19,208 nucleotides of DNA from the NCBI GenBank assembly GCA_043767805.1, contig JAYUGC010000003.1:1-19208 (forward strand), given 5' to 3'. The position numbers were made by a program, and so were the translations under genes. The stretch's first letter is position 1. Every line of letters begins with the position of its first letter. This DNA is from Pseudomonadota bacterium (GTDB taxonomy: Bacteria > Bdellovibrionota > FAC87 > UBA2466). The notes under the pieces were generated by a model. The model saw only the letters and a program-made list of their open reading frames with translations. It ran no database searches and had not been told where the DNA came from. Of the stretch, positions 17,545 to 19,208 are shown piece by piece.

Positions 17545-18135
17545 TTACCAGAGATAGGAGAAGTTAAAGCCGAGAGTGTTTGCGCTTACTGTAATGGGAA
17601 GTGTTTCGGCTTGGTACTTGATCGACGTGAACCGGAGTCCGAGGCCCATGTTCTTTCTGCTTCCGACGAAGTAATCGCCCTCAATGACGAGGCCGACGGC
17701 GTTTTTGAATTTGGAGGAAGCAATGGCCGCGTCCTTCGAGCCTTTGAGCTCGTTACCGAACTGATAGACCGGCCCGCCGCCGAGACGAAAGTTGTTTTCC
17801 GTGTTGCGATAAAAGCCAAGGAGCTCGATGGGCCAGCGGAAGAAATCGACGGAGCCATTAGTCGCTTCTTTGGTGCTGGTCCATTTGATGCCAACGGAGG
17901 CTTGAGTCTCGAAAGTATGAGGGGTCGTCTCGAAGAGATTCACGACGACTCCGCCTACGAGTAAAAGCCCGCGGCCCGCCTCGATGCCGGATTTCGACCC
18001 GTCCGTATAAGTGACGTCGACCAGTTTATCTCCGCCAAACTCAATCCCCGCGCCTATAAGGGGAGAGATCTTCGCCGCTTGAGACGCCAGAGGAAAGAGA
18101 AGGGCAAACGCAGCAATAAACAGAGTCTGTTTCAT
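17545..18135 (-). CDS. Outer-membrane beta-barrel protein (small, OmpA-membrane-domain-like)
   Basis: Signal peptide ending ASQA, alternating amphipathic strands, C-terminal GFNFSYLW. Confidence 0.88.
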   Translation of the reverse strand: MKQTLFIAAFALLFPLASQAAKISPLIGAGIEFGGDKLVDVTYTDGSKSGIEAGRGLLLVGGVVVNLFETTPHTFETQASVGIKWTSTKEATNGSVDFFRWPIELLGFYRNTENNFRLGGGPVYQFGNELKGSKDAAIASSKFKNAVGLVIEGDYFVGSRKNMGLGLRFTSIKYQAETLPITVSANTLGFNFSYLW

Positions 18136-18283
18136 GAGGGAAATGTGCCAAGAGGCGGCGTAGTTTGCAACGACAACCGGGTTTCAGGCACGTTCCCCGG
18201 GGCCCCCGGGGAGCGTGGGTCCACGGGGCTTGTGTCCAACTGGGGACTTAGCTAAGGTGAAATCTGTTCCTGTTCTTTGACAT

Positions 18284-18636
18284 GGGGGTGACCTGGTTTC
18301 GACGTGGATGCTGAAACTAGTGGTCGCATGCCGAGTTCGCTCGCTGACTCGTAAAAAAGGCGGCAAACCTGTAATTGGCAACAATTACCAACTGGCTGCT
18401 TAACTAAAAGCGGTCCGTCCTGAGCAGGTACTCCCACTGCTTGTTTAAGGACGCAACTTCGTGGGATCGAGCTGTCGGTGCACCTCAGGGTGGCGGCTCT
18501 AAAAAATTCTGAGGTTAGTCTTAGGATAGCTAGGCCTGCAGAGTATTCCTAAGGCGAAATTTATGAGCAGGACAAGCATGTAGTGGCTACAGCGGATCAT
18601 TTGCGGACGGGGGTTCGATTCCCCCCACCTCCACCA
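18284..18636 (+). ncRNA. ssrA: tmRNA
   Basis: 5' GGGGGTGACCTGGTTTCGAC, 3' T-arm GGGGGTTCGATTCCCCC and acceptor CACCTCCACCA; tag frame 18377-18403 encodes GNNYQLAA*; 353 nt. Confidence 0.97.
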
Positions 18637-19208
18637 AAAAAGCAAGTAGTCGAACCCCGATTTTTAAAAAAAGTTGGGGTTTCTACTTTTTGGCCTTCCC
18701 CGGCTTCGGGGCTAGGAGACGTAGCCTTAGGCTCCCCCAGTGGGGCCACCTCAGGCGGGCGGGTTTCGCCCTTGCTCACCCTATAAAGCACGGTAATCGA
18801 ATCAGGGTGGACCTCGACCTTGGATACGAGCTTTTGGATAATCTCGGCCTTCGCAACCTCCCCAACCGTATTTAACCCCCGTTTCAGCGCCGCCAGGAAC
18901 TCCCCATAGCCCGCTAAATCGACTGGCATAGCGCTCTCCTCAAGGGTGCGCTCGATTTCACCAAGCTCGGCCCGCAGCATCTCCTTTGTTTCTTCAAGCT
19001 TTTTCATCTGATTGAAGATTGGCGTTGGCGAAACCCCTTTTGGGATTTGGGACAAGTGTTCAGCCAGTGCTTCTGTTTGAGTGTCTATATTTGCAACTTT
19101 TGCCGTCAGTCGTTGAAAATCATCGGCTCGCTCGTTCTGGCCATGCAGACGTTTAGCCTCGTCTACGATTTTTTTGGCGCGAAATGGGTCGCCTAGAAGA
19201 TGAACCAC
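18597..19208 (-). CDS. C-terminal part of a probable large serine recombinase/integrase (5' end outside the window)
   Basis: Long coiled coil followed by KAEIIQKLVSKVEVHPDSITVLY, typical of large serine recombinase C-termini; faces the tmRNA 3' end. Catalytic domain not visible. Confidence 0.7.
   Translation of the reverse strand: MVHLLGDPFRAKKIVDEAKRLHGQNERADDFQRLTAKVANIDTQTEALAEHLSQIPKGVSPTPIFNQMKKLEETKEMLRAELGEIERTLEESAMPVDLAGYGEFLAALKRGLNTVGEVAKAEIIQKLVSKVEVHPDSITVLYRVSKGETRPPEVAPLGEPKATSPSPEAGEGQKVETPTFFKNRGSTTCFFGGGGGNRTPVRK
18637..19208. mobile_element. Left edge of a putative integrative element inserted at ssrA
   Basis: A recombinase-like gene directly abuts and overlaps the tmRNA 3' end. 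The distal att repeat cannot be seen in this window. Confidence 0.55.
18644..18691 (+). terminator. Terminator-like hairpin after the tmRNA
   Basis: AAGTAG..GAACCCCGATTT / AAAGTTGGGGTTTCTACTT followed by a T-run. Confidence 0.7.

Noticed and set aside
18135..18150. TGGCAC upstream of the OMP gene (minus strand)
   Set aside because: No GC at the -12 position, and it abuts the start codon.
18603..18636. Stand-alone tRNA
   Set aside because: This is the tRNA-like 3' domain of the tmRNA; it pairs with 18284-18290 and has no anticodon arm.

Overview
A 19.2-kb bacterial chromosomal segment. The tmRNA tag GNNYQLAA and the gene content tentatively suggest a Bdellovibrionota/deltaproteobacterial-type host. 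The first ~16 kb is a dense cluster of general-stress-response-type genes: KGG-repeat protein, BON protein, YflT/17M-like membrane protein, an ElaB/YqjD-holin-X-DUF3618-like trio, YHS, CBS-pair, several lipoproteins and hydrophilic or tail-anchored microproteins. It also encodes an NtrC-family sigma54 activator, a pseudo-receiver histidine kinase and a second response regulator. By eye I found 15 sigma54 (-24/-12) promoter matches, nearly all just upstream of and facing a gene, 12 of them in six divergent pairs. A recurring 17-bp palindrome (YGTTGCA-N3-TGMAACR-like) lies near several of them. Together this suggests a clustered, sigma54-driven general stress regulon. The window ends with a tmRNA gene and the 3' part of a probable large serine recombinase whose frame runs into the tmRNA 3' end, a likely integrated-element boundary. 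Three decayed gene fragments are also visible. All family assignments come from motif recognition, not database searches.
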